32,000 nucleotides of DNA, taken from Sedimentisphaera cyanobacteriorum (lineage in GTDB: Bacteria > Planctomycetota > Phycisphaerae > Sedimentisphaerales > Sedimentisphaeraceae). Positions 7,179-16,335 of this stretch are shown here, in pieces (position 1 is the stretch's first letter; every line of letters starts with the position of its first letter). Made by a program: the position numbers and the translations under genes. Location of the stretch: NCBI RefSeq assembly GCF_001997385.1, contig NZ_CP019633.1, forward strand, positions 1,230,001 through 1,262,000. The letters are read 5' to 3'. The notes beneath the pieces are model-generated. The model was given only the letters and a program-made list of their open reading frames with translations, was not told where the DNA came from and ran no database searches.

Positions 7179-9503
7179 CTAATCTTTGCCGGAATCTTTT
7201 TTGTCTGCCCTTTTTCTAAGATTCATTAGATATTCTGATGTTATCTCTTCTGGGGGCTTTGCCATAAACTCATCCAGCAGATCCTGATGCCCTTTAAGTG
7301 CAACTGCATCTTCAAGACCTTCCCGCCAAAGCTGCCACCTCTTAGAAGGAACTATCGGCTCATATATTGCATCTTCAGGGAAATCAGGATTACTTCCTGC
7401 ATAAATCACACCATATATATATATAGAACTTTCATTAAAATGATTTTCATTAAAGTAACCTTCTCTGTCAGCATAAGTCCAAAATCCGGCACCCGCCAAA
7501 CCTAATGCCCTAGCCTGAATAGATAAAATTCTAAAACAATTTTTGTATTTAGTGTGTTTTTCAATGTTGTATGGATATCCTCGCCGAGGCATAGTTCCGT
7601 AACACCAAACTTTGCTGCAATTTTCTTTAATCAGCTTAATGTCTTTCCTGCGATTAACAAAGCTGTTTTGACCAACACACCAAATATCAACGTATGGAAT
7701 TGCTCTTTTTATCTCTTCGGTACTATCACCCATAGAATTTGCGTATATATTTATCATTGGGTTAGTACTCCTTATTATTTTTGCAGCTCTAATAAAATCA
7801 TCATGCAGTTCCTCATCATAAAGGTAGATTGCATAATTATCATAGCTGTAACCAAGATCACCCATGTATTTAACAAGGCGTCTAATATAAGAAGCAAATT
7901 TCCGGCCCCACTCTTCAGAATACATGTCTTGCCCAAAATATTTTTCTCTGCCAGAGCCGAACCCTAGCAAAAGCAGCACAAAATCTGCATGCTTTCTGAG
8001 CTGAAGTTCTTTTTTGAGCCTTGGATTTATTAGCACTATGTCAGAATCTCTCTTCTTCGAAGATATCTTGCTTACAAAAAGTGAAGGATGTATAACCGTA
8101 ACATTCAGATAATGCCGGCTTAGATCGTCAACAGCAAGATGAGGAAATTCATTAGTAAAAGTATTACTTCCGGTTATATAATCCCAGTTGCAGGTTTTGA
8201 AGTCTGGCTTTTCAGGGAATTTCCTGCGTGCTATTTCTATATCAGCTTTGATAACCTGTTTAGGCTTCTCTTCACTGTTCTCACATCGTACAAGAACCGC
8301 GGAAGAATAATTTCCCGGTCTCAAAGACTTTGAATTGAATTCAGCAAATAACTGCACGGTTTCTCCCGGTTCGATTTCAAAGCTTTTTCCTCCCTGCAAG
8401 ACGAGGGGGTCAGCCAAAAAACCTATATTCTTCGAATACACATAAACAGCCCGCCTCGGGATCATAAACGCCTGAGAAGGCAAATAGTCCCCCCCCCGCT
8501 TCAAAGGTGAAATATTTAAGCTGAACTGCAAACTTTTATCTGAGCAGTTTACAATATTAAAAGCGTTCAGGTCGTGTTCATTCTGCCAAGCATAGTACTC
8601 AAGCTCAGAGATGCTGTTAGGGCCCGCCGGCAGGTCTTCATATTTGAGAACCTTAAGCGGGGCCGCTGAAGTGCAGTACCAAGGGACATTATGTTTTGCA
8701 TTTAAGTATTCCGCCCTGATTTTATCAAAGAGCCTCTCAAGAGATTCTAACTCTTTGAAAATGCCCAGCTCCCTTTCAAAATCTTTGAGTTTGTCTTTGT
8801 AGGCTTTAATTTTAGAATCAAATTGTTTAATCTTAATGCCGGAACTTTTGAAAGAAGTTTGCAGCGATTGAATATTACGTTCAAGCTGACGCAGCCTTTC
8901 TGCAAACTCGATTGCTTCGCTGTTTACAACTGCAGGCCCATCCAGCTCGGGACAATCCTGTTCAGCAGCGAAAATCTTAATTTCATCACAAAAGAATGAA
9001 CTCATAGGCATAACTAATAATTTTACAAATCTTGCCTTGGTATTAAAATTTAACTTAAACCCTTTCCTTTTTGTTAAGGTTGTATCGTAAAATATACAAA
9101 CTTTTGAGCTCTTATAAGAAACAGCTCTGTAACATTCAGCATCTACAGAGGCTAAACCAATAATATAGTCGGGGTACTGGACTCCGCCTTTTCCCCCTCC
9201 GGTAGTATGTATAACTACCTCTGATATGTTTTTCATTTCCTCCAAATCAATTGTTATAGAAATAAAAGTATGATTGTTCCAACCAACAGTTTCACTTTTA
9301 TTCGAACTGTACCATATAGCACCGTCAGAAGCTGGAGAAGCCCTCTTTCCATCTGTCAGCTGTCTGTAATCTCCTGCATCTTTCGTTAAATGGTAATTCG
9401 GCTCAGGGACAAGCGTATAGTCTTTATTCAATGCCAAATTCTCGGCGGCCGGCAGATTGGCAGTTACAAAAAACACAAATAATATCAGTATGAATTTCTT
9501 CAT
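7179..9503 (-). CDS. Secreted multidomain protein: signal peptide, discoidin/F5-8-type-C-like beta-sandwich, coiled coil, DUF4091/GH123-like putative glycoside hydrolase region
   Basis: 774 aa. The N-terminus MKKFILILFVFFVTANLPAAE looks like a Sec signal. Residues ~20-185 (NLALNKDYTL...RQLTDG...ISITIDLEEMKNISEVVIHT...CDEIKIF) resemble carbohydrate-binding discoidin modules. Residues ~195-265 are heptad-like (ERLRQLERNIQSLQ...KDKLKDFERELGIFKELESLERLF). The C-terminal ~500 aa, ending in WQLWREGLEDAVALK, recalls DUF4091/GH123 proteins. It is certainly a CDS; the functional call is motif-based only. Confidence 0.55.
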   Translation of the reverse strand: MKKFILILFVFFVTANLPAAENLALNKDYTLVPEPNYHLTKDAGDYRQLTDGKRASPASDGAIWYSSNKSETVGWNNHTFISITIDLEEMKNISEVVIHTTGGGKGGVQYPDYIIGLASVDAECYRAVSYKSSKVCIFYDTTLTKRKGFKLNFNTKARFVKLLVMPMSSFFCDEIKIFAAEQDCPELDGPAVVNSEAIEFAERLRQLERNIQSLQTSFKSSGIKIKQFDSKIKAYKDKLKDFERELGIFKELESLERLFDKIRAEYLNAKHNVPWYCTSAAPLKVLKYEDLPAGPNSISELEYYAWQNEHDLNAFNIVNCSDKSLQFSLNISPLKRGGDYLPSQAFMIPRRAVYVYSKNIGFLADPLVLQGGKSFEIEPGETVQLFAEFNSKSLRPGNYSSAVLVRCENSEEKPKQVIKADIEIARRKFPEKPDFKTCNWDYITGSNTFTNEFPHLAVDDLSRHYLNVTVIHPSLFVSKISSKKRDSDIVLINPRLKKELQLRKHADFVLLLLGFGSGREKYFGQDMYSEEWGRKFASYIRRLVKYMGDLGYSYDNYAIYLYDEELHDDFIRAAKIIRSTNPMINIYANSMGDSTEEIKRAIPYVDIWCVGQNSFVNRRKDIKLIKENCSKVWCYGTMPRRGYPYNIEKHTKYKNCFRILSIQARALGLAGAGFWTYADREGYFNENHFNESSIYIYGVIYAGSNPDFPEDAIYEPIVPSKRWQLWREGLEDAVALKGHQDLLDEFMAKPPEEITSEYLMNLRKRADKKDSGKD
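8489..8497. repeat. Homopolymeric C9 tract (G9 on the coding strand) inside the 774-aa gene
   Basis: The plus strand reads agtCCCCCCCCCgct. On the minus strand the tract encodes K-R-G-G-D (aag cgg ggg ggg gac) around codon 336. It is the longest G/C run I found in the window; the next longest are 6 nt. Confidence 0.9.
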
Positions 9504-9627
9504 TAGTTTTGGCTCAGTATTTCAAAAAAGGTTAAGATGTCCAGTAAATTTAACGTCTTGGACAAGACATTTTCAGGGTTAGTCTATATATCTATAAAAC
9601 TTACAATCGAATTATGCACTAAAATTA

Positions 9628-10236
9628 CTACATATACTCACTGATATTATATTTTTCTTTCCTTAAAAATGAAGATGTAGCTTGTAAGGGATCTTTACTT
9701 TTAGCTAAAAGATCCAACATAGAATCGTGCTTTTGCTGCTCCACTTTATTAAATCTATACTTTATTAATTTAGCCGGATTGCCAGCAACTATCGCATAAG
9801 GAGGAACTTTTTTAGTCACAATCGATCCAGCACCAACAATAGCACCACGGCCGATCTTGATGCCTGCCAATATTATACTTCCTTGCCCTACCCAAACATC
9901 ATCCTCAATAATAGTTTCTAACTCTTCCAATTTATCACGGCCAGAAAAAAACATTGGAGCCCCCACAATATCAAACCGATGGTCTCCTCCTACAATGCTC
10001 ACATATGATGCAATCATTGAATAATTACCAATCTTACAATTAGCATATATATACGCATTCCTGCCAATAAACACATAATCCCCCAATTCCACAGAATAAG
10101 GCTTAAAATTTGATTGCATACCACAACAGTAGCAGTGTCTCCCTAAACGCTTAAACTTATACTTCATCAAAGAGATAAAAAACATAAAAACATCTTTAAG
10201 GAACCACTTCAGTTTTTTTATTAATCTTTGTCTCAT
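9628..10236 (-). CDS. Hexapeptide-repeat (LbH) acyl/acetyltransferase
   Basis: 202 aa. Left-handed beta-helix repeats and C-terminal consensus: [49 protein letters not shown]. Confidence 0.85.
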   Translation of the reverse strand: MRQRLIKKLKWFLKDVFMFFISLMKYKFKRLGRHCYCCGMQSNFKPYSVELGDYVFIGRNAYIYANCKIGNYSMIASYVSIVGGDHRFDIVGAPMFFSGRDKLEELETIIEDDVWVGQGSIILAGIKIGRGAIVGAGSIVTKKVPPYAIVAGNPAKLIKYRFNKVEQQKHDSMLDLLAKSKDPLQATSSFLRKEKYNISEYM

Positions 10237-10239
10237 GAA

Positions 10240-11361
10240 TTAGCCTAAAACCTTCTTTATTGTTAGAATTTGGGTGTGCGGATTATACTTTTCCTCTATT
10301 ACTTTGTAACACTTAGTTCTAATATCTTCTCTATCTCTTTCAGAAAGACCAAGCCAAGACCATAATTTAATTGACAAATCGGCTGTTGAACCTTGATCGA
10401 AGAAACTGCCCGTAACACCTTCCTCAATCGCCTCAAACTCGGGACCATGTTTTGTGAAATCATTATGTGTAACAACAGGAGTGCCATAAACAAAGCTGTG
10501 AATTACAGTTAAACCAATATTCCCCGGCGTAACACAGACATCAGCATTATATATTAATTCACCAAGTACTTCCTCTTCATAGCAAGGGCCGTAAAACCAT
10601 ACATAATCAGCCAGTCCATAATCGGAGACAAGCTTTTCAAGGCCGGTATTCTCATTATCTTTTCCTATTACTACCAAATTAAATGACTTGCCCTCATTGT
10701 TCAAAAGATTTAACGCTTCAACTGCCAAATCAAGCCTTTTTATTTTTTGAATCCTGCCGATATAAACAGCCACAGGATTATCATTGCCAAAATGCTTTTT
10801 ATATACATCGCTTTGGGTGAGCTTCTCTCGAATTTTGAGCTGCTTATCATAGTCAAGCGAATTATAAATGCATACAAGCTTATCAGGCTTAAACCCTTCT
10901 TTTATCATCAAATTGCGGGCGTAATCCCCGTAAAGCAAAACCTTAGTACATAACGAAAAGAAAACCTTCTTTATTATCGTTTTTATTATTCCTTCGCGTC
11001 CATACCAGCCGTGTGTCCAGAGATATGTTTTCTTGCCCAAAATCTTGGCAAATAAAAGCACAAACCAAGTGGAAATGCAGTAAGGCTCCCCTGTTAGTAT
11101 AAACTTTTGGTAATGCCTTTTAAAAACAAGGCTTGCAGCACCTCTTTGATACGAAAATTTATTTACGAATAAAGCTTTTAACTCTTTCCTAAATCCTTCA
11201 AGCTCTGAATAGTCAAATTTCTTCACATCTGAAAGAGACCGGTCTGCAAAATAGAAATCACAGCAAAGCTCAGAATCCATAAGCTTGTAGATAGGCTTAC
11301 GGTAATGATGAGCTAAATTGAATAAGCAGCAGTTAGTAGGTTTTTTACTCATTTTCAACAT
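10240..11361 (-). CDS. GT-B glycosyltransferase (GT4-like)
   Basis: Track ORF 10240-11373 begins with TTG; ATG alternatives lie at 11361 and 11352. The C-terminal half (VVIGKDNENTGLEKLV...ADVCVTPGNIGLTVIHSFVYGTPVVTHNDFTKHGPEFEAIEEGVTGSFF) shows the GT-B donor-site E-x7-E pattern. Confidence 0.78.
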   Translation of the reverse strand: MLKMSKKPTNCCLFNLAHHYRKPIYKLMDSELCCDFYFADRSLSDVKKFDYSELEGFRKELKALFVNKFSYQRGAASLVFKRHYQKFILTGEPYCISTWFVLLFAKILGKKTYLWTHGWYGREGIIKTIIKKVFFSLCTKVLLYGDYARNLMIKEGFKPDKLVCIYNSLDYDKQLKIREKLTQSDVYKKHFGNDNPVAVYIGRIQKIKRLDLAVEALNLLNNEGKSFNLVVIGKDNENTGLEKLVSDYGLADYVWFYGPCYEEEVLGELIYNADVCVTPGNIGLTVIHSFVYGTPVVTHNDFTKHGPEFEAIEEGVTGSFFDQGSTADLSIKLWSWLGLSERDREDIRTKCYKVIEEKYNPHTQILTIKKVLG

Positions 11362-12298
11362 ACTTATTCGCAATTAATTCAGATATTTTAAAGCTTTTCA
11401 TTTTAAGAAAACCTATCGAAACAAGAATTCGCCATAAAAACCTAATTGATAATGACAGTCTTTCAAAACCCTTTTCAAATCTCAAATAATTTTCAGCTCT
11501 TCTTATAGGATCTTTATGAATATTATTTTTAAGAACTTTATCTTTCATTATTATCAACTCAGCATCAGAAGAATTAGGCCTGCTGTGAAAATTTCTATGA
11601 AATTTAAAATTATTTAAAGCATCTTGCCCCCTAACAACTTCTTTTCTTCCGTTACTAGTATGGCCATAGTCATGAAATTGATGCAGAGCTAGGATTTTTA
11701 AGGTGCCATTAATTATAGGAATTTTGTTTCTCATACAATATAAAACCAAAGCCTCGTCATAACCTGCTCTACCTATTACTAGAGCCGGGAGATCATTCCA
11801 CATCCCTCGTCTAAAAATGAAATAATCCATACCGGTTGGAGAGTGCAATTGCAATTTGCAAGTTTCAAACAATTGTTTTAATTGTCCTAACCAATGTTGA
11901 TTTAACTCAAAATCTACATCTTTCATGAGGTCAATCCGCTGCCCAGTTACCAAAAATTCATTTAACTTGGCTTTTGTAATAATTTTAACAGCGTCTGCAA
12001 TGGTTTCATTTAGCAAAATATCACAATTTAGATAACACTGTATATCATGCTTAGCATTTTTTTTTGCATGATTTACTATACTGTTAAATAAAGGAATCCC
12101 AGACAGACTACACTCAATATCTGGAACGTTAATCGTACCAAGATCTTTGCATGCTTCTGCAACTCCTTCACCTTCACCATAAACTAAAACTTCGACATCG
12201 GCAGCAACCCTTAACCAACTTTGAATAGCCTTCTTCTGTATCCGGCCAGTGTGGCCATAAAATGGCTTGGGACTCGTTAAAAACGTTATCATAGCCAA
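11345..12298 (-). CDS. Uncharacterised protein, possibly a GT-A-like glycosyltransferase
   Basis: 317 aa. The N-terminus ITFLTSPKPFYGHTGRIQKKAIQSWL is followed by a possible DxD-like site (CYLNCDILL). I cannot assign a family from sequence alone. Confidence 0.35.
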   Translation of the reverse strand: MAMITFLTSPKPFYGHTGRIQKKAIQSWLRVAADVEVLVYGEGEGVAEACKDLGTINVPDIECSLSGIPLFNSIVNHAKKNAKHDIQCYLNCDILLNETIADAVKIITKAKLNEFLVTGQRIDLMKDVDFELNQHWLGQLKQLFETCKLQLHSPTGMDYFIFRRGMWNDLPALVIGRAGYDEALVLYCMRNKIPIINGTLKILALHQFHDYGHTSNGRKEVVRGQDALNNFKFHRNFHSRPNSSDAELIIMKDKVLKNNIHKDPIRRAENYLRFEKGFERLSLSIRFLWRILVSIGFLKMKSFKISELIANKYVENE

Positions 12299-12320
12299 AA
12301 ATCCTAATTATCTTTATTCC

Positions 12321-12962
12321 TCATTTAATAACTTCTTTGATATTTGCAATTTTTTTAGCCGGATTCCCTGCAAAGACAGTTCCTTCAGGGACATCTTTGG
12401 TTACTACACTATTTGCCCCAATAACCGCGTAATTGCCGATTGTGCTACCCTTCAGTACTGCACAGTTTGCGCCTATAAAAACATCATTTCCAATTACCAC
12501 AGGGCTTGACTTTGCATTTTCAAAATCGTCTTTACTACTCCTCTTCGCAGGGTCAATAGAATGAAAATCAGTGTCCACAATCATGCTGTCAGAACCTATA
12601 ACGCATCTGTCCCCTATTGTTATTATTTCAGCAGCACAAATTGAAAGTCCGCTAACTCTCACTCTATCACCAATTTTAATTAATGCACCAGATTTCATTG
12701 CTCTGATAACCACTGGATGCGAGCAACCTAAAGCGGTGTATTGGGGTCTTGAGCAAAGTATAACTCCCTCACCTAATTCTATGTTAGAATCCTTAACTTT
12801 TGATATTATAGGCGAGCCTATAAAGGAAGTTTTAGCTCCTAACTTAATACCACGAAGGCTTAATATTTTTTGGTAAACAAGGTTATTGTAAATATCCATA
12901 AAATATCGCTGATATTTATGAAATGAAAATAACCATTTAAGTACCTGCTGCAATTTTTTCAA
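12321..12962 (-). CDS. Hexapeptide-repeat (LbH) acyl/acetyltransferase
   Basis: 213 aa with a TTG start in the track. Motif: VVIGNDVFIGANCAVLKGSTIGNYAVIGANSVVTKDVPEGTVFAGNPAKKI. Confidence 0.85.
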   Translation of the reverse strand: MKKLQQVLKWLFSFHKYQRYFMDIYNNLVYQKILSLRGIKLGAKTSFIGSPIISKVKDSNIELGEGVILCSRPQYTALGCSHPVVIRAMKSGALIKIGDRVRVSGLSICAAEIITIGDRCVIGSDSMIVDTDFHSIDPAKRSSKDDFENAKSSPVVIGNDVFIGANCAVLKGSTIGNYAVIGANSVVTKDVPEGTVFAGNPAKKIANIKEVIK

Positions 12963-12979
12963 TTAAGCTTTTACCTCAA

Positions 12980-13951
12980 TTATTTTGCGATTAAAAAATC
13001 TTCATAAGCCAGTTTTATTCCATCTTTAAGGCTTATGCTCGGTTTCCAGCCAAGAGAGAATAATCTGCTTACATCAAGCAGTTTTCTAGGGGTGCCGTCC
13101 GGCTTTGAAGTATCCCATTTTATCTCTCCATCAAATCCGACCACCTCTTTCACTATTTCAGCCAGCTCTTTGATGGTCTGGTCTTCGCCGCAGCCAATAT
13201 TAATCAGCGGGGCAATATCTTCATGACCTACAAACTTAGAATACATATCATCTTCCAAATCAAGCAAGTGCACGCAAGCTCTGGCAAGATCATCGCTGTA
13301 CAAAAATTCTCTGTAAGGGCTTCCGGTACCCCATAGCTCTACCGAATCTCTGTTCTCACTCTTGGCCAAATGCATTTTGTGAATCAAACCAGGGATAACA
13401 TGCGAATTCTGCAAATCATAATTATCACCAGGGCCGTAAAGATTTGTGGGCATAACTGCTAAATATCTTGTCCCATACTGCCGGTTGTAAGACCAGCACA
13501 TCTCGATACCGCCAATCTTAGCAAGAGCGTAAGGACGGTTTGTCGGCTCGAGCTCTCCTGTAAGCAGGTGTTCCTCTTTCATTGGCTGAGGACAGTGCTT
13601 GGGGTAAATACATGAAGAACCGAGGAAAAGAAGTCTTTTAACACCCGCCAAATATGCGTTGTGAATTATATTTGTTTGTATGCGCATATTCTCATAGAAA
13701 AACTGTCCGGGATAGGTGTTGTTAGCTATAATACCGCCAACCTTTGCCGCACACTGAATAATAAAGTCCGGTTTTTCCCGCTGCATAAAATCTGCAACAA
13801 CCTTGCTGTCAAGCAGGTCAAGCTCATCGATAGACTTTAGCAGAAGGTTATCAAACCCTCTTCGCTGCAGCTCCCTGATAATTGCTGAACCTACTAAGCC
13901 AGTATGCCCGGGAACATAAATTTTCGAATTCTTATCAATAAATCCGCTCAT
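12980..13951 (-). CDS. fcl: GDP-L-fucose synthase (GDP-4-keto-6-deoxy-D-mannose 3,5-epimerase/4-reductase)
   Basis: 323 aa. Motifs KIYVPGHTGLVGSAIIREL, ELDLLDSKVVADFMQREKPDFIIQCAAKVGGIIANNTYPGQFFYENMRIQTNIIHNAY, LGSSCIYPK and PTNLYGPGDNY. Lies directly downstream of gmd. Confidence 0.92.
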   Translation of the reverse strand: MSGFIDKNSKIYVPGHTGLVGSAIIRELQRRGFDNLLLKSIDELDLLDSKVVADFMQREKPDFIIQCAAKVGGIIANNTYPGQFFYENMRIQTNIIHNAYLAGVKRLLFLGSSCIYPKHCPQPMKEEHLLTGELEPTNRPYALAKIGGIEMCWSYNRQYGTRYLAVMPTNLYGPGDNYDLQNSHVIPGLIHKMHLAKSENRDSVELWGTGSPYREFLYSDDLARACVHLLDLEDDMYSKFVGHEDIAPLINIGCGEDQTIKELAEIVKEVVGFDGEIKWDTSKPDGTPRKLLDVSRLFSLGWKPSISLKDGIKLAYEDFLIAK

Positions 13952-13962
13952 TACTCACCTCT

Positions 13963-15072
13963 CTACTCATTATAATCCGGCGTACGGAATCCGTGTTTCC
14001 TTGAGACGACATCGTGTCTTGCAATTTCCATATCCGCCTCAACCATTTCCTTTACAAGCTCTTTAAAACTTGTGCGCGGATTCCATCCAAGCTGATTTTT
14101 CGACTTTGAAGGATCGCCCAAGAGAGTTTCAACTTCTGCCGGCCTGAAATACTTTGGATCTATCTTTACGACGATATTATCATCAGAATCTCTTTCTTCG
14201 CAAATATGATTTTTGGCAACGGCAATCTCATTTACGCCTTCGCCCTGCCATTCAATATCAATTCCAGCTTCCCTGAACGCAAGCTCTACAAATTCACGTA
14301 CCGAATGCTGCTCGCCAGCAGCAATAACGTAATCATCGGGCTTATCCTGCTGAAGAATCAGCCACATTGCCTCCACATAATCCCTCGCATGCCCCCAATC
14401 TCTTAGCGAATCAATATTGCCGAGATAAAGGCGGGGCTGAAGCCCCATTTTTATTCTAGCGGCGGCTCGGGTGATTTTTCGAGTAACAAAAGTTTCGCCT
14501 CTTAGCGGGGATTCGTGATTGAAGAGTATGCCGTTGCAGGCAAACATATTGTAAGATTCCCGGTAGTTCACGGTTATCCAGTATCCGTATATCTTAGCAG
14601 CAGCATAAGGGGAACGGGGATAGAAAGGCGTGCTTTCATTTTGGGGAATCTCCTGCACCTTCCCGTAAAGCTCTGATGTAGAGGCCTGATATATTCTGGC
14701 TTTATCTGCCAAACCTGCATTCCTCACTGCTTCAAGGATGCGAAGTGTTCCTAAAGCATCTACGTTGCCGGTATATTCCGGTGTTTCAAATGAGACCTTC
14801 ACATGGCTCTGGGCAGCAAGATTATATATCTCATCCGGCCGAACCCGCTCTATAATTTGAGCAACATTTGTTGAGTCTGTCATGTCTCCGTAATGAAGGG
14901 AAAATTTACAGTCCTTTTCATGAGGATCTTGATAGAGATGGTCTATGCGGTCAGTGTTAAACATAGAGCTGCGGCGTTTAATCCCGTGAACCTCATATCC
15001 CTTATTCAAAAGAAACTCAGCTAAATAAGCTCCGTCCTGACCTGTTATTCCTGTTAATAATGCTTTTTTCAT
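13963..15072 (-). CDS. gmd: GDP-mannose 4,6-dehydratase
   Basis: 369 aa. Motifs [79 protein letters not shown] and [21 protein letters not shown]. Confidence 0.95.
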   Translation of the reverse strand: MKKALLTGITGQDGAYLAEFLLNKGYEVHGIKRRSSMFNTDRIDHLYQDPHEKDCKFSLHYGDMTDSTNVAQIIERVRPDEIYNLAAQSHVKVSFETPEYTGNVDALGTLRILEAVRNAGLADKARIYQASTSELYGKVQEIPQNESTPFYPRSPYAAAKIYGYWITVNYRESYNMFACNGILFNHESPLRGETFVTRKITRAAARIKMGLQPRLYLGNIDSLRDWGHARDYVEAMWLILQQDKPDDYVIAAGEQHSVREFVELAFREAGIDIEWQGEGVNEIAVAKNHICEERDSDDNIVVKIDPKYFRPAEVETLLGDPSKSKNQLGWNPRTSFKELVKEMVEADMEIARHDVVSRKHGFRTPDYNE

Positions 15073-15081
15073 AATTCAACC

Positions 15082-16329
15082 CTAAAACATATAATTATTT
15101 TTCTTGCCAGACTGTTGAATTTTATCCAACAATTTATTTAACCGGCCCGATTGAATATGGTTATTTTTTTGAGACAAGACAAATTTTTTAGCTTTTAATC
15201 CAAATTCATGTAGCTCTTCCTTTGATCTTGCAAAAACTTTTTCCAACTCAGCCTTTATTCCCTCCTCAGACTCATCATCGAACAAAAAGACGTAATCATT
15301 ATACTCTTCCGGCATACCTGGAAGCGGGGTCGTTAATAGAGGGGTGCCAGATGCCATATATTCCATATTTTTTGAAGGGAATGAATACTTCGTAAATTCT
15401 TCCTTGCTAGAACGCGGATTGACGAGTAATGTAGCCTCTATTTCCTTTTGAACAATTTCATTATTAGTCAGGATCCCGCCATAAAAAATCCGGCTATCAA
15501 GTGTCATATATTTTCCCATTTCATCTTCCATAGGGCCGTGTCCATAGATATGCAACCTCAAATCATCGCCTTTTATTTTCATAAAAGCTAAAATAAGCTT
15601 CTTAATTCCATATATTTCATTAATTCCCCCAGCATACAAAAGAATTCTTTCTTTTGACTTAGCCTCAAGTTTATTATCTTTAATTACCATTGATTTGTCA
15701 GCCACTCCCTCTATCACTATATAAGGCCTGTTTTTAGGATTAATGACACCATTCATTTGTTCTGTAAGCAAAAGATAACCATCAAAATTCATGAACAATT
15801 TTTTGCTTAACCGAGAAACGACTTTAGCCTTAAAGCTTATATCCTTACTGACAGATGAGCTTAATACGCCTGGTATATCGGTAATAATTCCAACTACTTT
15901 TATTCTATTTAAACGAGTTGCCAATATAGTGGCAAATGACGAAACAAAACCTAAACCGTCGCATAAAATAATTTTATTTTTCCTGTCATAAAGGCCCCAT
16001 ATAAAGACCATAATAAAGCTATAAATAAAAGCTACAACACTTTTCAATAAACCAATATTAATAACATGGCAATAATGGTAATCTATTAAACCAGAGGACT
16101 CTGATGGCAAAAACCATGCTTTTTTTTCATGGGTTAAATCAGAAATTGGCAAAAAAGTCAAGGCTTTAACTCTGTCAACAGCAATATTATCCGCTAATCC
16201 TTCTATAAGTAATTTATAAAATTTAGGAGCCGCTTGAGAAACCTTCGTTTTAGAGGAAAATATAATATCATTGATCACTCTATTGGAACATAAGCTGCCG
16301 ACAAACAATATTTTTTTGTTGTTTTCCAT
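15082..16329 (-). CDS. GT-B glycosyltransferase (GT4-like)
   Basis: 415 aa. C-terminal donor-binding pattern: LLYAGGINEIYGIKKLILAF...LHIYGHGPMEDE...NPRSSKEEFTKYSFPSKNMEYMASGTPLLTT. Confidence 0.78.
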   Translation of the reverse strand: MENNKKILFVGSLCSNRVINDIIFSSKTKVSQAAPKFYKLLIEGLADNIAVDRVKALTFLPISDLTHEKKAWFLPSESSGLIDYHYCHVINIGLLKSVVAFIYSFIMVFIWGLYDRKNKIILCDGLGFVSSFATILATRLNRIKVVGIITDIPGVLSSSVSKDISFKAKVVSRLSKKLFMNFDGYLLLTEQMNGVINPKNRPYIVIEGVADKSMVIKDNKLEAKSKERILLYAGGINEIYGIKKLILAFMKIKGDDLRLHIYGHGPMEDEMGKYMTLDSRIFYGGILTNNEIVQKEIEATLLVNPRSSKEEFTKYSFPSKNMEYMASGTPLLTTPLPGMPEEYNDYVFLFDDESEEGIKAELEKVFARSKEELHEFGLKAKKFVLSQKNNHIQSGRLNKLLDKIQQSGKKNNYMF

Positions 16330-16335
16330 ATGTCT

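Noticed and set aside
7287-8802. Plus-strand ORFs antisense to the 774-aa gene (7287-7505, 7554-7967, 8139-8333, 8611-8802)
   Set aside because: They have low-complexity, stop-poor antisense frames with no motifs and no RBS, and are fully contained in a strongly supported minus-strand CDS.
9504-9627. Possible terminator or promoter in the 124-nt gap upstream of the 774-aa gene
   Set aside because: There is only a 5-6 bp imperfect stem (GTCCA...TGGAC) with a 15-nt loop, and no convincing -35/-10 pair. The gap length itself is noted in the finding, but no element is called.
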